Below are positions 8,994 through 17,862 of a DNA stretch of 62,364 nucleotides, in pieces. The stretch spans positions 1 through 62,364 of IMG/VR virus record IMGVR_UViG_3300028831_000121; one strand, written 5' to 3'. Both the position numbers and the translations under genes were made by a program. Origin of the DNA: a virus. Every line of letters starts with the position of its first letter. The first letter of the stretch is position 1. A model generated the notes under the pieces. The model had not been told where the DNA came from and made no database searches. It was given only the letters and a program-made list of their open reading frames with translations.

Positions 8994-10076
8994 ATGACCA
9001 TAGAACGCAAATTCATAGACCTGAAGTCGCTGACAATGAGTGATGAGGGGCCAGGAACCATCTCTGGGTACCGTTCAGTCTTTTCCGAGATTGATGAAGG
9101 GGGCGACCTGGTTGTTAAAGGTTTCTTTGCTGATTCCATTCCTGAATATTCCGAATCTGGTTTTTCCGCGCATAGTCATGATTGGTCGTTCAAGGAGGCC
9201 GTTGGTTTTCCTATTGAAGCTAAAGAGGATGATCACGGGTTTCATGTTGTGTCTCAGTTTCATTCCACCTCGGACGCTCAAGACATCCGCACTAAATGTA
9301 AGGAGCGAATGCAGGCTGGTAAGACGGTGGGCTTCTCCTTTGGGTATTCAGTAAGCGATAAAGCGTACATTGAGGCTAAGGACTACAAAGAGCAACTGCC
9401 CTTATTCGTAAAACCCGAACGCCTCCAAGCAAATCTCCTTAAAGCGCAAAAGTTTGATCGCATCCGCATCTTGAAAAAAGGTGAGGTGATCGAAGACTCC
9501 ATTGTTACCGCGCCGATGAACAAACTGGCAGTAGCAACGGGCGTTAAGTCCGAAGCAAAGGGAATGCTCGCTGAGGAGATGGCTGCAACTACCCCATCCA
9601 CATGGGAAGTGCAATCAGCCTTCTCTCGCGTCATTCGCAAGATTGCTGAGGGCGCCAAGAATTCTGACATCACTGGCGAGTTTGATTGGAAAGCTAAAGC
9701 AACTCTTGCCTGTTCTGAGTTGGGATCGGAAATGTCGCCGCTGGTAGTTAGTCAGATACAAGACTTTTTAGACGGAACAGATGACGAGTTTTACCTCAAA
9801 GGCATCTCGGTATCCGAATCCTTTGAGTCCTTCGATGATGTGGTAGCCGCATTAGAGAAGCAAACCCACAACATGCAACGCAACCACGCGGCCCGAGTTA
9901 AAGAGGGCCGAATTCTCTCAACTTCCAACCGGAACAAAGTTCAAGCGGCATACGACGCATTAGGCGAGTTACTAGCTGCTTCTGAACCCCCTGTGAAAGA
10001 GAAAGAGATCGACGTGACTGCGTTAAGGACTCAATCAGAACGCATCAGGCACGACCTTATAAGCCTGATGCAATAG
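8994..10076 (+). CDS. Prohead protease (HK97 / S78 type) with C-terminal scaffold-like extension
   Basis: ISGYRSVFSEIDEGGDLVVKGFF and TVGFSFGYSV match the HK97 protease pattern. The C-terminal ~150 aa are helical and charged. Confidence 0.75.
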   Translation: MTIERKFIDLKSLTMSDEGPGTISGYRSVFSEIDEGGDLVVKGFFADSIPEYSESGFSAHSHDWSFKEAVGFPIEAKEDDHGFHVVSQFHSTSDAQDIRTKCKERMQAGKTVGFSFGYSVSDKAYIEAKDYKEQLPLFVKPERLQANLLKAQKFDRIRILKKGEVIEDSIVTAPMNKLAVATGVKSEAKGMLAEEMAATTPSTWEVQSAFSRVIRKIAEGAKNSDITGEFDWKAKATLACSELGSEMSPLVVSQIQDFLDGTDDEFYLKGISVSESFESFDDVVAALEKQTHNMQRNHAARVKEGRILSTSNRNKVQAAYDALGELLAASEPPVKEKEIDVTALRTQSERIRHDLISLMQ

Positions 10077-10087
10077 GGAGAACTACG

Positions 10088-11407
10088 ATGCCTTTTAAGG
10101 AAGACGCTAAACAGCTAAAAGCAAAGCTGGATGAGCAGAAAAAGATTTTCGATGAGCAGGACAAGCGAGCTAAAGACGCGAAAGCTGCCGGCCAGTCTGA
10201 CGACGACGCGTTTAAGGCCGCTGAGCCCACAGCAGATGAGGCCGTGCAAGCCAAGAAACTTGCAGAAGAGATTGAGGAGCTTCATACGAAATGCACTGAG
10301 TCCAAAGAGTACGAAGACATGCGTACCAAGAACGACTCGCTGCGAACCGAACTAACCACGCCAATAAATCGCCCGTCTTATGGCGACGATCCCCGTCATG
10401 TGGTTAAACATGAAACTGTGGGCCAGCAATTTACGGAATCGCCCGAGTTTAAGAATTGGCTGGCTGACATTGCTCCTGGTGGCGGACAGATTGCCGAGGG
10501 CGTGAAGATCCACTCCCCGGCGGTTGAAACTAAAGCCTTGGTGCTGACAAGTGCTACATCAGGTGGGTCTCTTGTTCGACGCGACTACTCCGCGCTCGTT
10601 GACTTCCCGCTTCGTCAACTAACAATTCGAGACGTTGTTAGTGTCGGCCGGACTGGCTCGAACCTTGTTGAGTACGTCCGCGTGACTGCAAAGACTCGTG
10701 GGGCCACGGTGGTTCCTGAAGCCACGGCAACGACTTCAACGGGGTATTCCAATGCCGCTAAGCCGGAAGCTGGTCTGACGTTCGCAATCGTCCAGGAAGG
10801 TGTGAAGACAATCGCCGTCTGGATGCCGATTACTCGTCAGATTCTTGCCGACGCGCCACAGCTCGAATCAATGATCGACAACTTCCTGAACGAAGACCTT
10901 GAGTTGACATTGGAAGACCAGATGATCAACGGCACGGGCGGCGCGAACTTCACTGGCCTTGAAAACACCACGGGACTAACCCCGCAGGCTTTTACCACAG
11001 ACATGCTGACGACTACTCGTAAAGCGCGAACGGCGGCAATGATTGTGGGAAGAGAGCGGTCAACCGGGTTTTTGATGAACCCCTACGACTGGGAAGCTCT
11101 TGACCTGACTAAAGACGCGGAGAACCGTTACTACTTTGGTGGGCCATTGAGCCTCGGAACGAAGATGCTCTGGGGGCTTCCTGTGATTGAGTCTGAAGTC
11201 ATTCCCCAAGGTACGGCTTACACCGGAAACCTGAAGCGAATGATGTTGTGGGATCGTGAACGTCCGACTACACGGATCACGGACTCGCACTCAGACTTCT
11301 TCACACATAACTTGCTGGCAATCTTGACAGAGTTGAGAGCCGCCTTCGGCGTGCTTCGTCCAGCGGCCATCGTGAAGATTGACCTTTTTGCAGGAGCGAA
11401 TTCGTAA
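10088..11407 (+). CDS. Major capsid protein (HK97 fold) with N-terminal delta/scaffold domain
   Basis: 439 aa directly after the protease. It has a ~100-aa Lys/Glu/Asp coiled-coil N-terminus followed by a capsid-like body. Confidence 0.85.
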   Translation: MPFKEDAKQLKAKLDEQKKIFDEQDKRAKDAKAAGQSDDDAFKAAEPTADEAVQAKKLAEEIEELHTKCTESKEYEDMRTKNDSLRTELTTPINRPSYGDDPRHVVKHETVGQQFTESPEFKNWLADIAPGGGQIAEGVKIHSPAVETKALVLTSATSGGSLVRRDYSALVDFPLRQLTIRDVVSVGRTGSNLVEYVRVTAKTRGATVVPEATATTSTGYSNAAKPEAGLTFAIVQEGVKTIAVWMPITRQILADAPQLESMIDNFLNEDLELTLEDQMINGTGGANFTGLENTTGLTPQAFTTDMLTTTRKARTAAMIVGRERSTGFLMNPYDWEALDLTKDAENRYYFGGPLSLGTKMLWGLPVIESEVIPQGTAYTGNLKRMMLWDRERPTTRITDSHSDFFTHNLLAILTELRAAFGVLRPAAIVKIDLFAGANS

Positions 11408-11490
11408 CGGCGCACACTGTTGCGATAACCCCGGCGGCTTTCCTTCATGGTCTTTAGCGGATACTGGGGAGAGCCGCCGATTCACTAAAT

Positions 11491-12891
11491 ATGAAGGTTT
11501 TCTTCTACGCTCATATGTGGCCGCCTATACACATGGCCGGCTCTGAGACCACCGCCCACGCGGCCATGCGCGAGATGGCATTACGCGGCCACGACGTAAC
11601 TGTAGCGGCGGATCGTACTCCTGAGTCGTACGAGTATGAGGGTGTCACCGTTCTTCATGTGCCCAGAAATGGCGTCCACGAACGGATTAGAGAGATCGCT
11701 AAAGACGCGGACGTGTTAATTACGCATCTCGACTGCACAAGTCTCGCAATGACGTTAGCAATCGATCTCAACAAACCTCTTGTACATTTTGTCCACAACC
11801 ACGCACAACTGAATTACTGGCATGTTGATCCTAACGCTTTCGGCAAAGCTGCTCTTGTTGTTTTCAATACTCATTGGATTAAGAAAGAACAGAAGTTCAA
11901 AGGCGAGCCGTGGCCTGGGCCATCAATAGTTATCCATCCAATCGTTGAGCCTGAGAAATATAAATGCAAGCCCGGAACCAAGATCACTTTGTGCAATCCC
12001 ACTGAAGGTAAAGGGGTGCATACGATCTACAAACTGGCTGAACAGATGCCTGACTATGAGTTCCTTGTTGTGGAAGGGATTTACGGTGAGCAGATAGCGC
12101 CTCCGAACCTACCTGATGAGTGGGCCGCCAAACACCCTAACATTGAGTTTATGAAGAATGATCCTGACTTCAGGAACGTGCTGAGGAAAACCAAAGTTCT
12201 GTTGATGCCGTCAGGTTATGAGAGTTATGGACGGTGCGCTGTTGAGGCTGCGTGTGCTGGCGTCCCTTCGATTGTTCATCCGACTCAAGGGCTATGGGAA
12301 GCATTGGGAGACGGTCGGGAGTACCCGGCGGATGCTGAGTATGGCTTAGACGGCGTTGCGGTGATTGCGCGAGAAGTCTTTGATGAACAAATGTTCACAG
12401 GCGGAATGGTCAACGGTGCGGGAATCTTCTGTCTGCGTGACGATATTCCGTCATGGAAAGCGCAGATCGAAAGACTGTATTCAGATGAAGTTTATTATCG
12501 TAGTCGTTCGGATGCAGCGTTGAAATTAGCAAACAGTTTTGACCCTGAAGGTGAGTTTGATCGGCTGGAGGAAGCATTGTTACTGACAAGTGAACAATGG
12601 AATAAACGTGATGAGGTAAAGCAGATGGCAATGTGGACTAACAATACAGGCGAAGTAATCTACGAAACCACTGACGGGAAGTTAGTGATCGGCAAGGGCG
12701 GAAGAATTCCGGCGGATGCTAAGACCGTTGCGGTAGGCAGAGGCGGCGAGATCCCGGAAGAGTTAGCACGGGCCAATGGGTTCTTACCGCCACTTGAAGA
12801 AAAAGCGATTGAAGCACCGCAAGAGAACAAGGCAATGGAAGCGCCCCAACAGACTAAACAGCGGAAGACGCGAGTTAAGAAAACCGCGTGA
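11491..12891 (+). CDS. Glycosyltransferase family 4 (GT-B, group 1) with basic C-terminal extension
   Basis: LLMPSGYESYGRCAVEAACAGVPSIV carries the EX7E motif. The N-terminus (GSETTAHAAMREMALRGHDV) is typical of GT4. The C-terminus has an AIEAPQEN/AMEAPQQT duplication. Confidence 0.8.
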   Translation: MKVFFYAHMWPPIHMAGSETTAHAAMREMALRGHDVTVAADRTPESYEYEGVTVLHVPRNGVHERIREIAKDADVLITHLDCTSLAMTLAIDLNKPLVHFVHNHAQLNYWHVDPNAFGKAALVVFNTHWIKKEQKFKGEPWPGPSIVIHPIVEPEKYKCKPGTKITLCNPTEGKGVHTIYKLAEQMPDYEFLVVEGIYGEQIAPPNLPDEWAAKHPNIEFMKNDPDFRNVLRKTKVLLMPSGYESYGRCAVEAACAGVPSIVHPTQGLWEALGDGREYPADAEYGLDGVAVIAREVFDEQMFTGGMVNGAGIFCLRDDIPSWKAQIERLYSDEVYYRSRSDAALKLANSFDPEGEFDRLEEALLLTSEQWNKRDEVKQMAMWTNNTGEVIYETTDGKLVIGKGGRIPADAKTVAVGRGGEIPEELARANGFLPPLEEKAIEAPQENKAMEAPQQTKQRKTRVKKTA

Positions 12892-12902
12892 AAGGATAAC
12901 TG

Positions 12903-13346
12903 ATGGCATCCTTTGTTAAATACAATCAGTTTGTCGAGGACTTGGCCCACGGCGTCCACGATCTAAAGACAGGCACATCACATGTCCTTAAGGTGCTGTT
13001 ATCTAACACTGCTCCGAATGTTTCGACTCATGCTGTGAGGGCTGATACAACTGAACTTTCCACGGCCAACGGTTATACATCAGGGGGGATTTCAGTTGGC
13101 ACGCTCACGGGCGCTCAGGCCTCGGGCACATTCAAAGTGTCGGGCGGCACTGATCCGGTGTGGACAGCATCAGGCGGTTCGATGGCGACCTTCCGCTATG
13201 CAATTCTTTATAACGACACACCAACTTCGCCCGCTGATCCTTTGATTGGGTATTGGGATTATGGGGCAGGCGGAGTGACGCTTGCGGTCGGTGAAACCTT
13301 CACAGTCGATCTCGATCAGACCAACGGCATTTTAACTATCACCTAG
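12903..13346 (+). CDS. Hypothetical virion-module protein
   Basis: 147 aa, Gly/Thr/Ser-rich, lying between the capsid-adjacent GT4 and the repeat protein. Confidence 0.5.
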   Translation: MASFVKYNQFVEDLAHGVHDLKTGTSHVLKVLLSNTAPNVSTHAVRADTTELSTANGYTSGGISVGTLTGAQASGTFKVSGGTDPVWTASGGSMATFRYAILYNDTPTSPADPLIGYWDYGAGGVTLAVGETFTVDLDQTNGILTIT

Positions 13347-13358
13347 GGAAGTGTCTGT

Positions 13359-14828
13359 GTGCCAGCCCTTTCAACCCTTTTACCGACTGGCGATTCTGCG
13401 GTAGGTTCATGGACTACCGATTCAGGTGGCACGTCAAATCTTTGGCAAAAGATTGAAGAAGGCATTGCCGGGGCCACTGATACCACTGATTACATCAAAG
13501 GCCCGAATGACGTAGATGCCTCAGACTATAAATTCGCTCTTACTGATACTCCCGCAAGTTTCAATTCAATCAAATCTCTAAGCTGGCAAGTGCGCTTCGC
13601 CTTGTCCGGGACTCCCCCAGCGTCGAATAAAGACACTTATGGACTTTCGATCAGAATTGTCAATGGTGCCACGATCTTGGCGGCTGCTGATTCAAGCGGC
13701 ACGTTTCAAGTAATAGTTTCCACTACAACAATGTCAACGTCGTTTTCTAACTCAGCAGTGACGGCGTTTACTTACGTTAATACAAGTGCGTCTAAAGCAA
13801 CCTGGGACGGCGCGATTGTTGAGCTGCGACAAACCTATACTCAGACGGCATCAAAAGACGCCCACGCGGTTGAGGTGTCCGCAATAGAATTCACGGGCAC
13901 ATACAACGCGATTCTCACAGCTTCAGCCGCGTCGTTCACCGAGACGGGCATTACTGCAACGCTTAAGGCCGCACGGGTAATTACAGCGACGGTGGGCGCG
14001 TACACAGAGACGGGTAGTACCGCAACGCTTTCAAAGGGCGTGCGCTTAACCTCAGCAACAGGGAGCTTTAATGAAACCGGAAACGCAGCAACATTAAAGA
14101 CGTCACGAACGCTTAGCGCGAGTGCGGGTAGCTTTACCGAAACAGGCATCTCGGCGGCGCTCAAATCCGCACGATTACTGACTGCGGGCCTGGGAACATT
14201 TAATGAGACAGGCAACAACGCAACTTTATCTAAGGGTTTTAACTTCTCTGTTACATCCGGCAGTGTTGCTGCCAGTGCTAACGCTGCTTCTCTGAAAGCC
14301 ACACGACTCCTCTCTGCGTCCGTTAGTAGTTCTATTGCGACAGGCAATGACGCCGCACTTCTCGCGGCGCGTTCCCTACGGGCTGTGTTAGGCACGCTCA
14401 CGCAGACGGGTAACGATGCAAACTTAATAAGCACTCGACGTACGAGCGCGGGGTCTGGATCAGTCGCGATAGACGGAAGCCCTGCCCCACTAATCGCCGT
14501 TCGCGCCTTGTCTGCTTCGTTAGGCGTGTTTCTTCAATCTGGCTTGGATGCGACCCTTCTACCCGCCCGAAAGTTGATCACGGTAACGCAGGGTTATGCA
14601 GTTACGGTCAACGCTGCAAGCCTAAGCATTGGAGTGGCGAGTAGTCCGCACTTAAACGCTCAAACAGGAGTATTTAGTGTTGTAGGAAACAATGACTGGA
14701 TGGCGCACCGTGCGTCACTGGCGTTTGTATCAACAGTTGACGGAGGTAGACCGTCTATCACTGTAGAAGCAGAACACACCAGGATTAGTGTAACCGTCAA
14801 ACCAGGAGCAAAAAGAATCAGCGCGTGA
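13359..14828 (+). CDS. Structural-module protein with 11 tandem 22-aa repeats
   Basis: 489 aa with a GTG start. A 185-aa N-terminal domain is followed by 11 gap-free 22-residue units (e.g. LSASAGSFTETGISAALKSARL). Confidence 0.6.
   Translation: MPALSTLLPTGDSAVGSWTTDSGGTSNLWQKIEEGIAGATDTTDYIKGPNDVDASDYKFALTDTPASFNSIKSLSWQVRFALSGTPPASNKDTYGLSIRIVNGATILAAADSSGTFQVIVSTTTMSTSFSNSAVTAFTYVNTSASKATWDGAIVELRQTYTQTASKDAHAVEVSAIEFTGTYNAILTASAASFTETGITATLKAARVITATVGAYTETGSTATLSKGVRLTSATGSFNETGNAATLKTSRTLSASAGSFTETGISAALKSARLLTAGLGTFNETGNNATLSKGFNFSVTSGSVAASANAASLKATRLLSASVSSSIATGNDAALLAARSLRAVLGTLTQTGNDANLISTRRTSAGSGSVAIDGSPAPLIAVRALSASLGVFLQSGLDATLLPARKLITVTQGYAVTVNAASLSIGVASSPHLNAQTGVFSVVGNNDWMAHRASLAFVSTVDGGRPSITVEAEHTRISVTVKPGAKRISA
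13914..14639 (+). repeat. 11 x 66-bp in-frame tandem repeat
   Basis: Residues 186-427 of the 13359-14828 product. The period is exactly 22 aa with no indels. Confidence 0.85.
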
Positions 14829-15385
14829 ATATAGCCACTTACACAAAAGAGCCGAACGACATAACGCCTTATGAAATTGACTGGGAGGCGTGGCTGGCGG
14901 GACGCACGCTCTCGACTTCTACGTTCGCGGTTACCCCTGACGGTCTCACTATTGATGATGATTCAAACACCAGCACGTTAGCCGTGGTCTGGCTGAGCGG
15001 TGGTAGTTGGGGAGATGTTTACGAAGTAACAAACCATGTTATTGCGAGTGACGGAGCAGAGGAAGATCGTTCTATCACGATCAAGATTCAGCAGGAGCAA
15101 CGATATTGTACGACCGCAGAAGTCAGACGCCGCGCGCAACAGATGACAGATAACAACATGCCTGACGCGGAACTGGAAGCACTTATTGAACAAGCAAGTA
15201 GAATATTCGATCAGGCATGCGGGGTTTCACCTGGATATTTCAATCCTCCGGCGATTCCGGTTGAAACGTCAAGAACCTTCTACGGCAATGGAAGCAGCTA
15301 TCTAAGAGTCGATCCGTACGTTGCTGGCACTCTGACGTTGCCAGAAGATCTATTCACCGAAGATGAAGAAGAGTTGATTATTTGA
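14825..15385 (+). CDS. Fusion of a ~95-aa beta-rich domain and the N-terminal half of a gp6-type head-tail adaptor
   Basis: TTAEVRRRAQQ...AELEALIEQASRIFDQACG...RTFYGNGSSYLRVDPYV matches the first half of the Phage_connect_1 pattern. The ORF stops right after FTEDEEELII. Confidence 0.5.
   Translation: MNIATYTKEPNDITPYEIDWEAWLAGRTLSTSTFAVTPDGLTIDDDSNTSTLAVVWLSGGSWGDVYEVTNHVIASDGAEEDRSITIKIQQEQRYCTTAEVRRRAQQMTDNNMPDAELEALIEQASRIFDQACGVSPGYFNPPAIPVETSRTFYGNGSSYLRVDPYVAGTLTLPEDLFTEDEEELII
15353..15371 (+). repeat. Left copy of the junction direct repeat (TTCACCGAAGATGAAGAAG)
   Basis: Matches TACACCGAACGAGAAGG at 17566-17582. Both encode (F/Y)TE(D/R)E. Confidence 0.6.
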
Positions 15386-15386
15386 T

Positions 15387-17129
15387 ATGGGCAAACGAAT
15401 CTCAGAACTTCCAGAGGTAACAAGTCCGGCCAGCACGGATGTGTTGCCCATTGTTTCAGGCGGAAAGACCAAGAAGGTTAAAGTCTCGAACCTTGCCGCT
15501 TCTGCCTCTGGCTCGCTTCAGGCCGCAAATAATCTTTCCGATTTAGACGATGCTGGCGAGGCTAGAACCAACTTGGGGCTTGGTTCCGCTGCTACCACCG
15601 CGTCAAGTGCTTACGATACCGCAGGCGCCGCAAGCGCAGCTCAAGCAGCATCCCAGCCGCTTGATTCCGATCTAACCGCTATCTCTGCTCTGACTCCAAC
15701 GAATGACAATCTGCTTCAGCGCAAGGGCGGGGTATGGGTTGACAGAACTCCCGCACAAGTAAAAACCGATCTCGCTTTAGTTAAGGCTGATGTTGGCCTT
15801 GGGTCTGCGGACAATACTTCCGACGCAGCCAAGCCAGTCTCAACCGCGCAACAGACAGCACTCGATCTGAAGGTAGATAAAAACGGTGCAATCACTGGCG
15901 CAACAAAAACCAAAGTCACTTACGACGCGAAAGGGTTAGTTACCGCTGGGGCCGATGCCACTACCGCCGATATTGCTGACAGTTCAAATAAACGATATGT
16001 GACCGACGCGCAGTTGACGGTGATCGGGAATACTTCAGGAACGAATACAGGCGATCAAAACCTTGCTTCCATTCTAGCTTCGTCCATCTCTGACGGCGAT
16101 ACGACTCATGCGCCAGATGGAAACTCGGTGTTCGATGCACTGGCGTTGAAAGAAAACGCAGTAAATAAATCCTCTGACGTAGCGACGGACATTGCGAGCA
16201 CCACAAAATATCCTGCTGTTAAGGCAATTACTGATTGGGTGATTTCGCTATTTGCCCCGAAGGGCGCAATCGGATCGTCTGGATTAACACAAGCAACAAA
16301 CAAATTACTCGGTAGGGGTACGGCTTCAACGGGAGCGGTCGAAGAAATCACGCTTGGTACAAATCTGAGTCTAAGCGGTACGACACTGAATGCGACAGGC
16401 GGTGGTATAGGCGGCTCAACCGGATCAACTGATAATCGCATCCTGCGAGCGGACGGCGCAGGCGGCGCGACGGTACAAAACGCGGCACTTGGAATTGATG
16501 ATTCGGCCAGCCTCGTTGACACAAACGGCAATGAGCTAATCAAGACCACGGCCACGGCGTCGGCAGTCAATGAGATAACGATTGCAAATGCGGCGACAGG
16601 GAACAGTCCGACGATCTCCGCAACAGGCGGGGATTCCAATATTGGAATTTCAATAATCAGCAAGGGAACTGGTCAGATATTAGCAAATAGCGGTTCATCT
16701 GCTGCCCCCACCTTTAGTTTTACTGACAATCCTACTACGGGTATTTACAACAGTGCTGGAAACCTTGTCTTTATGGGCCAAGGTTCCATTCAGGCGTATT
16801 TCTCACCGTCAGGCACATTTAATTTATATCAAGGTGGAAATCTACAACTAAACGCACCAGCACAAGTTACATGGTTTACAGATACCGCTCTTGTTCGCAA
16901 TGCCGCAGGAGTAGTGGAAATTAACAACGGCACAGCCGGTAATTGGGGGGTCTTACTTCTACGTGGCACGACACTATCAACTCTTACAAGCGTGATCACC
17001 TCACCCGTTCTCGGAATGAGAGCAACTATCACGGATTCAACCACTGTTACTTATCGGGCAACTATCACAGGAGGCGGGTCAAATGTAGTTCCCGCATTCT
17101 ATGACGGATCAAACTGGATTGTGAGCTAA
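15387..17129 (+). CDS. Fibre protein (tail-fibre-like repeats; neck/head or tail fibre)
   Basis: The N-terminus (ISELPEVTSPASTDVLPIVSGGKTKKVKVSNL), NLSDLDDAGEARTNLGLGSAA and KVTYDAKGLVTAG are classic phage fibre motifs. Confidence 0.7.
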   Translation: MGKRISELPEVTSPASTDVLPIVSGGKTKKVKVSNLAASASGSLQAANNLSDLDDAGEARTNLGLGSAATTASSAYDTAGAASAAQAASQPLDSDLTAISALTPTNDNLLQRKGGVWVDRTPAQVKTDLALVKADVGLGSADNTSDAAKPVSTAQQTALDLKVDKNGAITGATKTKVTYDAKGLVTAGADATTADIADSSNKRYVTDAQLTVIGNTSGTNTGDQNLASILASSISDGDTTHAPDGNSVFDALALKENAVNKSSDVATDIASTTKYPAVKAITDWVISLFAPKGAIGSSGLTQATNKLLGRGTASTGAVEEITLGTNLSLSGTTLNATGGGIGGSTGSTDNRILRADGAGGATVQNAALGIDDSASLVDTNGNELIKTTATASAVNEITIANAATGNSPTISATGGDSNIGISIISKGTGQILANSGSSAAPTFSFTDNPTTGIYNSAGNLVFMGQGSIQAYFSPSGTFNLYQGGNLQLNAPAQVTWFTDTALVRNAAGVVEINNGTAGNWGVLLLRGTTLSTLTSVITSPVLGMRATITDSTTVTYRATITGGGSNVVPAFYDGSNWIVS

Positions 17130-17131
17130 CT

Positions 17132-17479
17132 ATGTCTTTTGTGAGCGCTAAAATACTTACGCTGCGACTAGTAAAAGATTCTGCGGGCACTGTTACAGGC
17201 ATTCGCATGCTGGTAGAGATGCATGACTCTGTATTGACCGAAACGCAGAACTTTATTTACGTCATAACAAACTCCGAGTTTGCGGCCTTACCCGCAAGTG
17301 GAACTGCTCGCAAGACTGCTATCGTCGCAATCATCAAGCGCGAGGCAAAGAATGAATACGCGAAGTGGATCGCCGCTGTTGCCGCCCGTCCAAAGCCGTC
17401 CATCGTTCGCGATCCATTAACAGACTTAGGCGTTACTGAAATAACCGACTTCGTAGGAGCGGCAGCAGACAAAACTTAA
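17132..17479 (+). CDS. Hypothetical protein following the fibre gene (possible fibre accessory)
   Basis: 115 aa, 2 nt after the fibre stop. Confidence 0.45.
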   Translation: MSFVSAKILTLRLVKDSAGTVTGIRMLVEMHDSVLTETQNFIYVITNSEFAALPASGTARKTAIVAIIKREAKNEYAKWIAAVAARPKPSIVRDPLTDLGVTEITDFVGAAADKT

Positions 17480-17553
17480 ACGGGATTTATCGAGCAAGGG
17501 CTTCAAGGGGCACTGAAACTTAAATCCATTGGAAGTGATAGAAACACCATGCA

Positions 17554-17862
17554 ATGACTACCGAATACACCGAACGAGAAGGCTACTTAATCCTATCCAG
17601 TAATGGAACGCTTTCTCGCTTTCCTTTTTCTACCGGATGGGCTGAAGGTGAGCCGATAACTATTTCTGCTATCTGGGGGCAGGTAACACCTGAAGATGTT
17701 AAGGCTGCGGTGATTGAGTTGGTAATCAATCTGGCAAGAGAAACCGATCCAGCATCGTTGAAGTTGGTTGGCATTGATAATCAGCCGCTGAGAGAGTCGC
17801 TGCCTCCGCGTGTTGCGATGATTGCTAAGAAGTACCGAGCGAAGGGGATAGCGTTTGTATGA
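17554..17862 (+). CDS. C-terminal half of a gp6-type head-tail adaptor (or separate connector protein)
   Basis: EYTEREGYLIL...EPITISAIWGQVTPEDVKAAVIELVINLARE fits the second half of the adaptor pattern. Confidence 0.45.
   Translation: MTTEYTEREGYLILSSNGTLSRFPFSTGWAEGEPITISAIWGQVTPEDVKAAVIELVINLARETDPASLKLVGIDNQPLRESLPPRVAMIAKKYRAKGIAFV
17566..17582 (+). repeat. Right copy of the junction direct repeat (TACACCGAACGAGAAGG)
   Basis: See 15353-15371. Confidence 0.6.

Noticed and set aside
13841-14434. 197-aa ORF on the minus strand
   Set aside because: It lies antisense to the 66-bp tandem repeats. Its own periodic Ala/Val/Ser/Leu sequence is a mirror artefact of the sense-strand repeats, and it has no RBS.
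13914-14639. Possible CRISPR-like array (regular 66-bp periodicity)
   Set aside because: The units are contiguous with no unique spacers. They are in frame within a long ORF and diverge like protein repeats.
16106-16663. 185-aa ORF on the minus strand inside the fibre gene
   Set aside because: It is low-complexity and antisense to a Gly/Ala/Ser/Thr-rich coding region. The sense ORF carries recognisable fibre motifs.
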